Source: Acidiferrobacterales bacterium (GTDB lineage: Bacteria; Pseudomonadota; Gammaproteobacteria; Acidiferrobacterales; UBA6901). Taken from it: a DNA stretch of 64,000 bases. Every line of letters starts with the position of its first letter. Position 1 is the first letter of the stretch. Made by a program: the position numbers and the translations under genes. The stretch lies in NCBI GenBank assembly GCA_036393295.1, contig DASWHF010000045.1, positions 14,313-78,312 of the forward strand. The letters run 5' to 3'. Shown piece by piece: positions 28,593 through 38,638 of the stretch. The notes under the pieces were generated by a model. That model had not been told where the DNA came from. It saw only the letters and a program-made list of their open reading frames with translations, and did not search any database.

Positions 28593-29239
28593 CCGAGCCA
28601 CGCGCACACCGCGTCGAAGCTGTCCAGGCAGGCCAGCGCGCCGTTCGCCAGCAGCGACTCGCGGGTGTGCACGCCGTAGCTCACGGCCAGCGCCGGCAGG
28701 CCCGCGTTGCGCGCCATCGCCATATCGTAGACCGTGTCGCCGACCATGAGGGCGCGGGCGACCTCGACGCCGGTGACCTCCAGGATCTCCTCGAGCATGC
28801 GCGGGTGCGGCTTGGAGCAGGTCTCGTCGGCGCAGCGCGTGGCGGCGAAGTAACGGCGCGTGGCGGTGTCGTCCAGCACCCGCTCGAGGCCGCGGCGCGC
28901 CTTGCCGGTCGCCACCGCCAGCAGGAAGCCGCGGTCGGCGAGCGCCGCCAGCCCCGCATCGACGCCGGGGAACAGCGGCATGGCGCCCTGATCGTGCACC
29001 AGGAAGTGCTCGCGGTAACGTTCGGCCAGCTGCGCCCGGGTGGTCACGTCGCAGCGCGGAAACAGCGCGGCCAGCGCCTCGCCGAGGCCGAGGCCGATGA
29101 TATGGCGCACCGCCTCCTCGCCCGGCACGGCGATGTCGAGGTCGACCGCGGCGGCGCGCATGCAGCGCACGATCTTGGCCTCGGAATCCATCAGCGTTCC
29201 GTCCCAGTCGAACACGATGAGGTCGTAAGACCGGCTCAT
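28589..29239 (-). CDS. HAD-IA family hydrolase (phosphoglycolate-phosphatase-like)
   Basis: Start at MSRSYDLIVFDWDGTLMDS (DxDGT motif). ATGA overlap with the rluC stop. Confidence 0.85.
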   Translation of the reverse strand: MSRSYDLIVFDWDGTLMDSEAKIVRCMRAAAVDLDIAVPGEEAVRHIIGLGLGEALAALFPRCDVTTRAQLAERYREHFLVHDQGAMPLFPGVDAGLAALADRGFLLAVATGKARRGLERVLDDTATRRYFAATRCADETCSKPHPRMLEEILEVTGVEVARALMVGDTVYDMAMARNAGLPALAVSYGVHTRESLLANGALACLDSFDAVCAWLG

Positions 29240-30240
29240 GTCTCGATCTCCGGTTGCACCAGCCGCTCGAGCAGTCCCGAAAGCTCCGCCGGCAGCGGCG
29301 CCTCGAGCGCCAGCGCCGCGCCGCTCAGCGGATGGCGGAAACGCAGCGTGCTGGCATGCAGGAACAGCCTTGTCAGGCCGAGCGCGCGCGTCGCGCGGTT
29401 GAAGGCCGGGTCGCCGTATTTGTCGTCGCCGGCGATCGGATGGCCGATATGCGCGGCGTGCACGCGCGCCTGATGGGTGCGGCCGGTGAGCAGCCGGATC
29501 TCGACCAGGGTCGCCGCCAGCGTACCGTGCCGATAGACGCGCCGCGGCGTGAAACGGCTGGCCGACTCCTTGCCGCCGTCCTCGACATTGACCCGCCGCT
29601 CGCCCGAGGCGAGCTGGTATTTGGCGAGCGCCGCCTCGACGCTCCGCGCCTTGCCGGACCAGGCGCCCGACACCAATGCGAGGTAGCGCTTGTCGACGCC
29701 GCCCTCGCGCAGCTGGGCGTGCAGGCCGGTGAGCGCCGAACGTTTCTTGGCGATCAGCAGGCAGCCGGAGGTGTCGCGGTCGAGCCGGTGCACCAGCTCC
29801 AGCATCGGCGCGTGCGGGCGCAGGCGGCGCAGCGATTCGATCAACCCTAAGCTCACGCCGCTGCCGCCGTGGACCGCCAGGCCCGAGGGCTTGTCGACCG
29901 CGACCAGCGCCTCGTCCTCGTAGAGCACGCGCGTATCCAGCCACTCGAGGTTTTCGCAGGCTGCCGCCCCCGGCAGGTGACGGGCCTGGGCCTCGCGGGT
30001 GCGGACCGGCGGGATGCGCACCACGTCGCCGGCCGCGAGGCGGGTGTCCGGCCGGCAGCGGCCCTTATTGATGCGCACCTCGCCCTTGCGGACCAACCGG
30101 TAGATATGGGTCTTGGGCACCCCCTTGAGCTGACCGATCAGGAAATTGTCGAGGCGCTGCCCGGCGTGGGCGGCGTCGATCTCGAGGTGGCGGACTGCGG
30201 GTTTGGGCGGCCCGGCCCGGGCGGTCTTGGCGGCGCTCAT
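29236..30240 (-). CDS. rluC: 23S rRNA pseudouridine synthase RluC
   Basis: Start at MSAAKTARAG. S4 domain (HIYRLVRKGEVRINKGR) and HRLDRDTSG catalytic motif. Divergent from rne, as in E. coli. Confidence 0.88.
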   Translation of the reverse strand: MSAAKTARAGPPKPAVRHLEIDAAHAGQRLDNFLIGQLKGVPKTHIYRLVRKGEVRINKGRCRPDTRLAAGDVVRIPPVRTREAQARHLPGAAACENLEWLDTRVLYEDEALVAVDKPSGLAVHGGSGVSLGLIESLRRLRPHAPMLELVHRLDRDTSGCLLIAKKRSALTGLHAQLREGGVDKRYLALVSGAWSGKARSVEAALAKYQLASGERRVNVEDGGKESASRFTPRRVYRHGTLAATLVEIRLLTGRTHQARVHAAHIGHPIAGDDKYGDPAFNRATRALGLTRLFLHASTLRFRHPLSGAALALEAPLPAELSGLLERLVQPEIET

Positions 30241-30668
30241 AAGGGAAAAATCATAGCAGAATTGCAGGGATGCGGGCGCACTGCTATATTGCAAGGGCTG
30301 GACCCGAGGTCTTGAGACCGACGGCCACCGGCAGGAACGAGTACCGATCCGGTGCCAACACCGCTTACGCGACCGCACCGATCACAGCAGTCCGCGTGCA
30401 GACCGCAGGCAGGCCAACGGCCGCCGCGACGACCTGGGCGGACGCGACGGGTTTAGCATTGCTCACCCCCTGTAAGAGCATTGCACAAGAATCGTGACGC
30501 TCCGGGCGGAAGGCCCCGAGCGCGGGGATCGCCTAAAGATTTTCCAGCCTACGACCCATCCGGGCCGGCCGCGGAAACACCGCGGCCGGCCGGCGCGGGT
30601 CGCTGACGGACTCGAGGTGGTCCGCGCCGGGTACGGGCATGCCGTACCGGGCGTCCGGGACAGACACA
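30241..30668 (+). promoter_or_regulatory. rluC-rne divergent region, including a long rne 5' leader
   Basis: A 428-nt non-coding gap before the rne ATG. In enterobacteria, long structured rne leaders mediate RNase E autoregulation. No structure was computed here. Confidence 0.4.
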
Positions 30669-33059
30669 ATGAAAAGAATGTTGTTCAACGCGACTCACAC
30701 TGAGGAGTTGCGCGTGGCTATCGTCGACGGTCAGAAACTCCTCGACCTCGATATCGAATCCGCCAGCTACCAGCAGAAGAAAGGCAATATCTACAAGGCC
30801 AAGATCACCCGCGTCGAGCCGTCGCTCGAGGCGTGCTTCGTCGACTACGGCTCCGAGCGCCAGGGCTTCCTGCCGCTCAAGGAGATCTCGCGCATCTACT
30901 TCCGCGATTTCGACAATCGCACCCCGATGGCCCAGGTGCGGATCAAGGACGTCGTGAAGGAAGGCCAGGAGCTGGTCGTCCAGGTGGAGAAGGAGGAACG
31001 CGGCAACAAGGGCGCGGCGCTCACCACCTTCGTGAGCCTGGCCGGCCGCTACCTGGTGCTGATGCCCAACAACCCCAAGGGCGGCGGCATCTCGCGCCGC
31101 ATCGAGGGCGAGGAGCGCGCCGAGATGCGCGAGGCGCTCGCCCAGCTCAACCTGCCCCAGGACTACTCGGTGATCGTGCGCACCGCCGGCATCGGCAAGA
31201 GCGCCGAGGAGCTGCAGTGGGACCTCGACTACCTGGTGAGCCTGTGGGACGCGATCAGCCAGGCCGGCGCCCAGCGCGCCGCCCCGTTCCTGATCTACCA
31301 GGAGAGCAACCTGGTGATCCGCGCGATCCGCGATTACCTGCGCCAGGACATCGGCGAGATCCTGATCGACAACGCGGAGATCCACGAGCGCGCGCTCAAG
31401 TTCATGCAGCAGGTGATGCCGCAGAACATCCCGCGCCTGAAGCTCTACACCGACGACACGCCGCTGTTCTCACGCTTCCAGATCGAGCACCAGATCGAGT
31501 CGGCGTTCTCGCGCGCGGTGCGCCTGGAATCCGGCGGCGCGGTGGTGTTCGACCACACCGAGGCGCTGGTCACGATCGACGTCAACTCGGCGCGCGCCAC
31601 CAAGGGCGCCGACATCGAGGAGACCGCGCTCAACACCAATCTCGAGGCGGCCGACGAGATCGCCCGCCAGCTGCGGCTGCGCGACCTCGGCGGCCTGATC
31701 GTCATCGACTTCATCGACATGACCCCGGCGCGCAACCAGCGCGCCGTCGAGAACCGCCTGATCGAGGCCCTGAAGGCCGATCGCGCGCGCGTCCAGGTCG
31801 GGCGCATCTCGCGCTTCGGCCTGCTGGAGATGTCACGTCAGCGCCTGCGGCCGTCGCTCGGCGAGTCCAGCACCCTGGTCTGCCCGCGCTGCGAGGGCAG
31901 CGGCCATATCCGCGGCGTGCAGCCCTCGGCGCTGCACATCCTGCGCTTCATCCAGGAAGAGGCGATGAAGGAGAACACCGCGGCCTTGCATGTGCACCTG
32001 CCGGTCGAGACCGCGACCTTCCTGCTCAACGAGAAGCGCTACGAGATCGCTCAGATCGAGTCGCGCTTCGGCACGCCGCTGTTCATCATGCCCGACCCGG
32101 AGATGGAGACGCCGCACTTCCAGATCCGCCGCCTCAAGACCGAGGAATACGAGCAGGAGATGGACATCCCGAGCTACGAGATCGAGCCGGTCGAGGAGGA
32201 AGAGGAAGAGGACGTGAAGGCCCGGCCGGGCACGCCGGCGCCGCCGGAGACACCGGCGGTCGCGCCGCTCACCCATGCCCCGGCCCCGCCGCCCCCGGCG
32301 CCGGCGGCGGCCCCGGCCGCCGTCGGGCTCGTCAAGCGCCTGCTGAAGCGCCTGTTCGGCGGCGGCAGCACGACCGAAGCGCCCCGCAAGCCGCAGGCGC
32401 GGCCGGCAGCGCGTCCCGGCGGCACACCACGTCCGGGCGGCCGTCCGCCGCACGGCGGCGGGCGCCGGCCCGACCCGCGCGCCTCGCGCGGGCCACGCCC
32501 CCAACCGGGCGGCGGCAAGCGCCCGGAGGCCAAGCCGGGCGAACCACGCCCGGCGACGCCCGAGGCGGCCGCCGAGCCGCGTGCCGGTGGCGCGCCGCGG
32601 GAGCGTGCCGAAAGCAGCGGCCGCGGGGGGCGCCGCGGCCGTCGCGGGCGCCGCGGACGCGGCAGCCAGCGTCAGGCCGAAGGCGGACAGCGCCCGGCGG
32701 GCGGCACCGAGGGCCAACCTGAAAACAGTGCACCCCGTGAAAACAGTGCACCCATGGAGACACGCGGCGAAACACGGCGTGATCGTCCGGAACGGTCGCC
32801 CGGCGGACACCGCAATGGCCAGGGCAACGGCGCGCAAACCGCCGAGTTGCGCACCGAGCCGCGTCCCGAATCCGGCCGGCCGGAGCACCCGGAGCACAAC
32901 GAGTCGGTAGGCAACGAATTCGCACGCGAGGCCCCGCCCGCGCCGGCCGCGGTTCGCAGCGAACCGCCGGCCGCGAGTCCGGCGCCGGCGCCGCTGGTCG
33001 AGGTCGAGACGCACGAACCGGCGGAAAACGCCGAGACCCACAAGATCGAAAATCAGTAA
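30669..33059 (+). CDS. rne: ribonuclease E
   Basis: [25 protein letters not shown]-terminus, an S1/catalytic core, and a long Arg/Pro/Gly-rich C-terminal scaffold. Confidence 0.95.
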   Translation: MKRMLFNATHTEELRVAIVDGQKLLDLDIESASYQQKKGNIYKAKITRVEPSLEACFVDYGSERQGFLPLKEISRIYFRDFDNRTPMAQVRIKDVVKEGQELVVQVEKEERGNKGAALTTFVSLAGRYLVLMPNNPKGGGISRRIEGEERAEMREALAQLNLPQDYSVIVRTAGIGKSAEELQWDLDYLVSLWDAISQAGAQRAAPFLIYQESNLVIRAIRDYLRQDIGEILIDNAEIHERALKFMQQVMPQNIPRLKLYTDDTPLFSRFQIEHQIESAFSRAVRLESGGAVVFDHTEALVTIDVNSARATKGADIEETALNTNLEAADEIARQLRLRDLGGLIVIDFIDMTPARNQRAVENRLIEALKADRARVQVGRISRFGLLEMSRQRLRPSLGESSTLVCPRCEGSGHIRGVQPSALHILRFIQEEAMKENTAALHVHLPVETATFLLNEKRYEIAQIESRFGTPLFIMPDPEMETPHFQIRRLKTEEYEQEMDIPSYEIEPVEEEEEEDVKARPGTPAPPETPAVAPLTHAPAPPPPAPAAAPAAVGLVKRLLKRLFGGGSTTEAPRKPQARPAARPGGTPRPGGRPPHGGGRRPDPRASRGPRPQPGGGKRPEAKPGEPRPATPEAAAEPRAGGAPRERAESSGRGGRRGRRGRRGRGSQRQAEGGQRPAGGTEGQPENSAPRENSAPMETRGETRRDRPERSPGGHRNGQGNGAQTAELRTEPRPESGRPEHPEHNESVGNEFAREAPPAPAAVRSEPPAASPAPAPLVEVETHEPAENAETHKIENQ

Positions 33060-33071
33060 GCGGTCGTCGCT

Positions 33072-33097
33072 GACCGGCCCGCTGCCGCGGGCCGGTC
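33072..33097. terminator. GC hairpin between convergent rne and the LMW-PTP gene
   Basis: Perfect 11-bp stem gaccggcccgc / gcgggccggtc with loop tgcc. There is no clear T-tract. Confidence 0.4.
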
Positions 33098-33102
33098 CGC
33101 CG

Positions 33103-33576
33103 TCAGAGATGTTCGCGACGGATATGCGCGAGCAGGCCGTGGGCGGCCTCCTCGACCATGTCCAGCACCCGGTCGAACCCGCTGTCCCCGCCGAAATAAG
33201 GATCCGGAACCTCGCGCTCCGGACGGTGCGGCGCGAACTCCAGCAACAGGCGGATTTTTGTCTCCAGGCCCGGCGGACAGATGTCCAGGAGATGCTCGTA
33301 GTTCTCGCGGTCCATCGCCAGCACGTAGTCGAAGCTCTCGAGGTCGCGGCGTGTCGCGCGACGGCCGCGCAGCGCGCTCAGATCGATCCCGCGGCGCGCC
33401 GCCGCCGTCTGGGCGCGCACGTCCGGCGGCTCGCCGACGTGATAGGCATGGGTGCCGGCCGAATCGATGATGACGCGCTCGGCGAGCCCGGCGTCGCTCA
33501 CGACCTTGCGGAACACGCCCTCGGCGGTCGGTGAGCGGCAGATGTTTCCCAGACAGACGAATAGAACCTTTATCAT
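33103..33576 (-). CDS. low-molecular-weight protein-tyrosine phosphatase
   Basis: Start at MIKVLFVCLGNICRSP (CX5R(S/T) P-loop). DPYF motif near the C-terminus. Confidence 0.88.
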   Translation of the reverse strand: MIKVLFVCLGNICRSPTAEGVFRKVVSDAGLAERVIIDSAGTHAYHVGEPPDVRAQTAAARRGIDLSALRGRRATRRDLESFDYVLAMDRENYEHLLDICPPGLETKIRLLLEFAPHRPEREVPDPYFGGDSGFDRVLDMVEEAAHGLLAHIRREHL

Positions 33577-33586
33577 CGTTACCTCA

Positions 33587-33725
33587 GAGAAAAGTAAAAA
33601 GAGTAAAGAGAAAAGAGAAAGCTGCACATTGCAGTGCCGTTACTTTTCTCTTTTCTCTTTACTCTTTTCTCTTTCCTCTGTAGTGCTATTACTTTTCTCT
33701 TTTCTCCTTACTCTTTTCTCCGTAG
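33587..33725. repeat. heptamer-periodic AT-rich repeat: one inverted copy (33587-33621) and two direct copies (33640-33684, 33689-33725)
   Basis: Copy A is GAGAAAA GTAAAAA GAGTAAA GAGAAAA GAGAAAG. Copies B and C are its reverse complement: 32 nt aligned with 1 mismatch, and B carries one extra heptamer. A and B form a long hairpin around the mini-palindrome ctgcacattgcag. Confidence 0.85.
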
Positions 33726-34450
33726 TAATCTCTTACACGCTCCAGGTCCTCCGGCGTATCGACGCCGCCCGGCGGCGCGTCGGGCGTGATGTGGACCGCG
33801 ATCCTGCCGCCGTGCCACAGCACGCGCAGCTGCTCGAGCGACTCGATGCGTTCCAGCTCGCACGGCGGCCAGGCGGTGTAGCGCCGCAGGAATCCGGCGC
33901 GATAGGCGTACAGGCCGATATGGCGCAGCGCGCCCGCCGCCGGCGCCGTGCCCGGCGCGTTGCGCGGCCAGGGTATGGTCGCGCGGCTGAAATACAGCGC
34001 CAGGCCGTCGGCGTCGACCACCACCTTGACCACGTTCGGGTTGGCGAAGCTCTCCGCGTCGTGAATCGGGTGCGCGGCGGTGGCCATCACCGCCGCCGGG
34101 TGCCGCGCCAGGCTGTCGGCGACGCTGCGGATCAGCGCCGGCGGCATCAGCGGCTCGTCGCCCTGCAAATTGACCACGACCGCGTCGTCGCTGAACCCCA
34201 GCCGCTCGACGATCTCGGCGATGCGGTCGCTGCCGCTCGGGTGGTCGGCGCGGGTCAACAGCGCCTCGCCGCCGGCCGCGTTGACCGCCTGCTCGATCCG
34301 CCCGTCATCGGTCGCGACGATCACGCGCTCGGCGCCGCTTGCGCGCGCCTGATCCAGCACGCGCAGGATCATCGACCGGCCGGCGATGTCCAGCAGCGGC
34401 TTGCCGGGGAGCCGTGTTGCCGCGTAACGGGCCGGAATGACGACGTACAT
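33689..34450 (-). CDS. kdsB: 3-deoxy-manno-octulosonate cytidylyltransferase
   Basis: Start at [19 protein letters not shown]. The last ~10 codons ([10 protein letters not shown]) and the stop lie inside repeat copy C. Confidence 0.9.
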   Translation of the reverse strand: MYVVIPARYAATRLPGKPLLDIAGRSMILRVLDQARASGAERVIVATDDGRIEQAVNAAGGEALLTRADHPSGSDRIAEIVERLGFSDDAVVVNLQGDEPLMPPALIRSVADSLARHPAAVMATAAHPIHDAESFANPNVVKVVVDADGLALYFSRATIPWPRNAPGTAPAAGALRHIGLYAYRAGFLRRYTAWPPCELERIESLEQLRVLWHGGRIAVHITPDAPPGGVDTPEDLERVRDYYGEKSKEKREK

Positions 34451-34555
34451 GGTGCTAGTCCGGGAAAGCCCAACGTCCGGGTGAACAGACGCCACGAAGC
34501 GCGGGGACGCTCATGTCGAGCTGCTCCGCGTCGTGGCACCCCGGCGCCGGGTGTT

Positions 34556-34738
34556 TCACTTCCCCAGTTCCTCGTCGGAGACTTTCCGTGCCTCGTCCTC
34601 CAGCATCACCGGAATGTCGTCGCGAATCGGATAGGCGAGCCGGTCCGCCTTGCAGATCAGCTCGGCCTTGGCCTTGTCGTATTTCAGCGGCCCCTTGCAG
34701 ATCGGGCAGACCAGGATATCAAGCAGTTTTTTGTCCAC
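34556..34738 (-). CDS. ycaR: Trm112/YcaR (UPF0434) family small zinc-ribbon protein
   Basis: A GTG start at 34736-34738 gives (M)[20 protein letters not shown], 60 aa. It sits in the conserved position between lpxK and kdsB. Confidence 0.8.
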   Translation of the reverse strand: MDKKLLDILVCPICKGPLKYDKAKAELICKADRLAYPIRDDIPVMLEDEARKVSDEELGK

Positions 34739-35717
34739 GTTTGTCTCTCTCAAGGCGTGACAACAATGCGTCCGCGACGGCGGGCGCGAGGCGTGCCTCA
34801 ACCGCCACGGCCCACATGCGCGCGTCGGCGAAGCGACGGCATTTTACCCCATCCTTCTCGGTCATGAGCACCGGACGTCGATCGGGGAAATCCAGGTCCC
34901 CGGGCCGGTAGGGATGGTGGTCGGGAAAGGCGTGCTCCTCGACGCTGAGGCCGGCGTCGCGCAGCATCCGGAAAAAGCGCGACGGATGGCCGATGCCGGC
35001 GACCGCGTGCACCGGCGCCTCGGCCGCGAACTCGCTCAAGGGCCGGCGGCGGCCGTCGGCGAGACGGTAGGCCTCGATCACGGCCAGCGCCATCCCCGCC
35101 TCGCCGGCGCGTGCCTCGCCCTGCACCACTTGGATATCCACCTGGCGCACGCGCGAGCGCGGCTCGCGCAGCGGTCCGGCCGGCAGGCAGCGGCCGTTGC
35201 CGTAGCGGCGCTCGCCGTCCAGCACCGCGATCTCCAGATCGCGCGCCAGGCGATAGTGCTGCAGGCCGTCGTCGCTGACGATGATGTCGCAGTCCTGCGC
35301 GGCCAACAGCGCGCGCGCCGCCGCCACACGGTCGGGACCGACGCACACCGGACAGCCGCTGCGCCGGGCGATCAACACCGGCTCGTCGCCGACCTGCGCC
35401 GGATCGGACCCGGCGCTGACCGGCTGCGGCCAATGCGCGGCGCGTCCGCCGTAACCGCGCGCCACCACGCCGGGGCGGAAGCCCGCGGCGCGCAGGCGCT
35501 CGCACAGCCAGATCGTGAGCGGCGTCTTGCCGGTACCGCCGACGGTGAGATTGCCGACCACGATCACCGGCACCGGCAGCCGCACGCTTTTCAGCACGCC
35601 GGCGCGGTACAGCGCGCGCCGCAGGGTCATCACCGCGCAGTACAGCCAGGCCAGCGGCTGCAGCACGCGGCTCAGCCAGCCGTCCCGGTACCAGTGTGCC
35701 GCGAGGCCGGCGCTCAT
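34719..35717 (-). CDS. lpxK: tetraacyldisaccharide 4'-kinase
   Basis: [13 protein letters not shown]-loop. ATGA overlap with the msbA stop. Confidence 0.9.
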   Translation of the reverse strand: MSAGLAAHWYRDGWLSRVLQPLAWLYCAVMTLRRALYRAGVLKSVRLPVPVIVVGNLTVGGTGKTPLTIWLCERLRAAGFRPGVVARGYGGRAAHWPQPVSAGSDPAQVGDEPVLIARRSGCPVCVGPDRVAAARALLAAQDCDIIVSDDGLQHYRLARDLEIAVLDGERRYGNGRCLPAGPLREPRSRVRQVDIQVVQGEARAGEAGMALAVIEAYRLADGRRRPLSEFAAEAPVHAVAGIGHPSRFFRMLRDAGLSVEEHAFPDHHPYRPGDLDFPDRRPVLMTEKDGVKCRRFADARMWAVAVEARLAPAVADALLSRLERDKRGQKTA

Positions 35718-37516
35718 GCCGGCGGGCGCGGGGTTTGGCGCCCCGGGCCCGCCGGGAGCGCGGTGGGCTCGCTGAACTGGATGCGATACAGCCGCGCATA
35801 GCTGCCGTCGCGCGCCAGCAGCTCGCCGTGCGTGCCGCTCTCCACCACCCGGCCGCGCTCCAGCACCACGATGCGGCTGGCGCTCTCGATGGTCGACAGG
35901 CGGTGCGCAATCACCAGGGTGGTGCGGTTTTCCATGAGCCTCTGCATGGCCTCCTGCACGAAGCGCTCGGATTCGGCGTCGAGCGCCGAGGTCGCCTCGT
36001 CGAGGATCAGGATCGGCGCGTTCTTGTAGAGCGCGCGCGCGATGGCGATGCGCTGGCGCTGGCCGCCCGACAGGCGCACGCCGCGCTCGCCGACCACGGT
36101 ATCGAGGCCCTCCGGTTGCTGCTCGGCGAAATCGAGCACATGCGCGGCGCGCGCGGCGCTCTCGATGCGCGCGTCGTCGATCTCGCCCTGCAATCCGTAG
36201 GCGATGTTGTTGCGGATGCTGTCGTCGAACAGTACCGTCTCCTGGCTGACCAGGGCGATGTGGCCGCGCAGGTTGTTGAGCCGGAGCGCGTTGACGTTGA
36301 CGCCGTCGAGCAGGATCTCGCCGCTCGCGACCATGTAGAAGCGCGGCAGCAGGTTCGCCACCGTGGTCTTGCCGCTGCCGGAGGCGCCGACCAGCGCCAG
36401 GGTCTCGCCCGGCTCGATGCGGAACGACACGTCGTCGAGCACCGGACCGGTGGACACCGGGTAGCGGAAGCCCACCGCGCGATACTCCACCCTGCCCTGC
36501 GCGCTCGCCAGCTCGCGCGTGCCGGGGTCGTGCTCGGGCGCCTCGTCCATCAGGCTGAACACGCTGCCGGCCGCGGCGAGCCCGGTCTGCACTACCTCGT
36601 TGACCATGCTCAGGCGCTTGATCGCCGGCATCAGCAGCGCCATGGCGGTGATATACGAGGTGAACTCACCGGCCGTCAGGCGCCCGACCGCCGACTGCTG
36701 CATGGCGAAATAGATCGCCAGCGCCACGCCGATCGCCGCCAGCAGCTCGATCACCGGGACGTTGACCGCGGCCGCGGTCGCCTTCTTCATCGCCTGCTTG
36801 AGATTGCGGCGGTTGACCTGGTCGAAGGCCCGGATCTCCGCCTGCTGGGCGCAGAAGGTCTTGACCACGCGCTGGCCCTCGATGGCCTCCTGCACCACGT
36901 GGGTGATGTCGCCCATCGATTGCTGGATCAGGCGGCTGGTCTTGCGGAAGCGCTTGCTGATGGCGCGCACCGACAGCGCGATCACCGGCGCCAGCAGCAG
37001 GAACAGCAGCGTCAGCTGCCAGTTGTACACCAGCATCAGCGTCAGCAGCACCAGCACCGACAGGCTGTCCTTGACCAGCGAGCTGAACGCCTTGGTGGCG
37101 GCGTTCATCACCTGCTCGACGTCGTAGATCAGCTTGGAGATCAGGATGCCCGAGGAACTGGCGTCGAAGAACCGGCTCGGCAGGTGCACCAGGCGCGCGA
37201 ACATCTCGCTGCGGATGCGGAAGATCACCTGGCGACCGACCCAGTTGGTCGCATAATTGGCGATGAAGCCGAACAGGCCGCGCGCCACGAAGATGGCGAC
37301 GATCAGCATCGGCACGAAGCGGATGCTGCTGGCGTCGTTCTTGACGAAGCCGCCGTCGATCAGCGGCTTCATCACCCAGGCAAAGGCGCCTTCGGTTATC
37401 GAGGTCACGGCCATGCCGAGCACCGAACCGAGGAACACCCACTTGTAGGGCCAGACATAGCTCATCAAGCGGCGGTAGACCCGCACGCCGGATTCGAGGT
37501 CTGCGTGGCGGTTCAC
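35714..37516 (-). CDS. msbA: lipid A export ABC transporter permease/ATPase
   Basis: Six-TM N-terminal half, Walker A GASGSGKTT, signature LSGGQRQR. Conserved msbA-lpxK order. Confidence 0.92.
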   Translation of the reverse strand: MNRHADLESGVRVYRRLMSYVWPYKWVFLGSVLGMAVTSITEGAFAWVMKPLIDGGFVKNDASSIRFVPMLIVAIFVARGLFGFIANYATNWVGRQVIFRIRSEMFARLVHLPSRFFDASSSGILISKLIYDVEQVMNAATKAFSSLVKDSLSVLVLLTLMLVYNWQLTLLFLLLAPVIALSVRAISKRFRKTSRLIQQSMGDITHVVQEAIEGQRVVKTFCAQQAEIRAFDQVNRRNLKQAMKKATAAAVNVPVIELLAAIGVALAIYFAMQQSAVGRLTAGEFTSYITAMALLMPAIKRLSMVNEVVQTGLAAAGSVFSLMDEAPEHDPGTRELASAQGRVEYRAVGFRYPVSTGPVLDDVSFRIEPGETLALVGASGSGKTTVANLLPRFYMVASGEILLDGVNVNALRLNNLRGHIALVSQETVLFDDSIRNNIAYGLQGEIDDARIESAARAAHVLDFAEQQPEGLDTVVGERGVRLSGGQRQRIAIARALYKNAPILILDEATSALDAESERFVQEAMQRLMENRTTLVIAHRLSTIESASRIVVLERGRVVESGTHGELLARDGSYARLYRIQFSEPTALPAGPGRQTPRPPA

Positions 37517-37938
37517 GGCGCGTCGCCGTCGGCGGCCTTCTGCGTGGCGAAGGTAAGGTGGGTGTAACCCAGGCGCCGCGACACGTCCATGACGCGGATC
37601 ACCGCGCCGTGCGGGGTCTGGCGGTCGGCCTGCACGACGATCACCGGGTCCTTGCGGCCGCCGACCGCCTGCAGCAGGGCGTCGCGCAGCACCTCGGCGC
37701 TGTCGTTGAGCAGCTGGCGGTCACCGATGAAGTACTGGCCGCGCGCGTCGATGGAAATGCGCACCGTCGCGTCCTCGAGCCTGGCCTCGGCGCTCGCCTC
37801 CGGCAGCTGCAGGCGCAGCTGCGACTGGTCGGAGAAGCTCGTGGTCACCAGCAGGAAGATCAGCGCCAGCAGCAGCACGTCGATCAGCGGGATCAGGTTG
37901 ATCTCGGGTTCTTCGGGGCGCGAGGGTCGGAACTTCAT
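37513..37938 (-). CDS. exbD: ExbD/TolR-family biopolymer transport protein
   Basis: 141 aa with N-terminal EINLIPLIDVLLLALIFLLV. Confidence 0.85.
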   Translation of the reverse strand: MKFRPSRPEEPEINLIPLIDVLLLALIFLLVTTSFSDQSQLRLQLPEASAEARLEDATVRISIDARGQYFIGDRQLLNDSAEVLRDALLQAVGGRKDPVIVVQADRQTPHGAVIRVMDVSRRLGYTHLTFATQKAADGDAP

Positions 37939-37950
37939 CGCCGCGCCCGG

Positions 37951-38565
37951 TCAGTCCTTTTCCCGCTGTCCGTGCAGGATCTCGAACAGCTTGAGCGCCT
38001 CCTGCTCCATGTGCACGAGCAACTCATCGACGCGACCGCGGAAGTATCGGTAGAACATCAGGCTCGGGATGGCGACCGTGAGGCCGGCCGCGGTCGCCAT
38101 CAGCGCCTGCGAGATGCCGGCGGCGACGATCGACGGATCGCCCAGGCCGTGACTGCCGATGCCGGCGAACATCTTGATCATGCCGAGCACCGTGCCGAGC
38201 AGGCCGAGGAAGGGCGAGATCGCGGCGATGGTGCCGAGCGTATTGAGGTAGCGCTCCAGCTCCGGCACCACCTGGTGGCCGGCGTCCTCGATCGCCTCCT
38301 TGATGATCTCGCGCTCGTGCGTGCGGTTCACCAGGCCGGCCGCCAGCACCTTGCCGAGCGGCGAGCTGTCGCGCAGCAGCGCCAATCGCTCGTTGTCGAG
38401 CTCGTGGCGCGCCAGCCACTGGCGCACCTGCTCCAGCAGTATCCCGGGGGCGACGTATTTCTTCTGCAGGGACCACAGACGCTCGCCGATGATGGCGAGG
38501 GCGGCGATGGAGCACAGGATCAGCGGGATCATGACCCAGCCGCCGGCTCTGACCAGTTCGAACAC
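37951..38565 (-). CDS. exbB: MotA/TolQ/ExbB proton-channel family protein
   Basis: 204 aa with three TM segments and GLLGTVLGMI. Confidence 0.85.
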   Translation of the reverse strand: MFELVRAGGWVMIPLILCSIAALAIIGERLWSLQKKYVAPGILLEQVRQWLARHELDNERLALLRDSSPLGKVLAAGLVNRTHEREIIKEAIEDAGHQVVPELERYLNTLGTIAAISPFLGLLGTVLGMIKMFAGIGSHGLGDPSIVAAGISQALMATAAGLTVAIPSLMFYRYFRGRVDELLVHMEQEALKLFEILHGQREKD

Positions 38566-38638
38566 GATGCAACACCTGAGAGTGGATCAAAAAAGTGTGC
38601 GTAATCTATCAGAGCCGCGCCCGACCTGAAAGCCTCGC

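Noticed and set aside
33587-33725. Short periodic repeats (also 57359-57476 and 60376-60435) as CRISPR arrays
   Set aside because: There are only two or three copies in mixed orientation, with no regular unique spacers of 25-40 nt and no cas genes. The periodicity lies inside each arm (7- or 9-mers), not between repeats.
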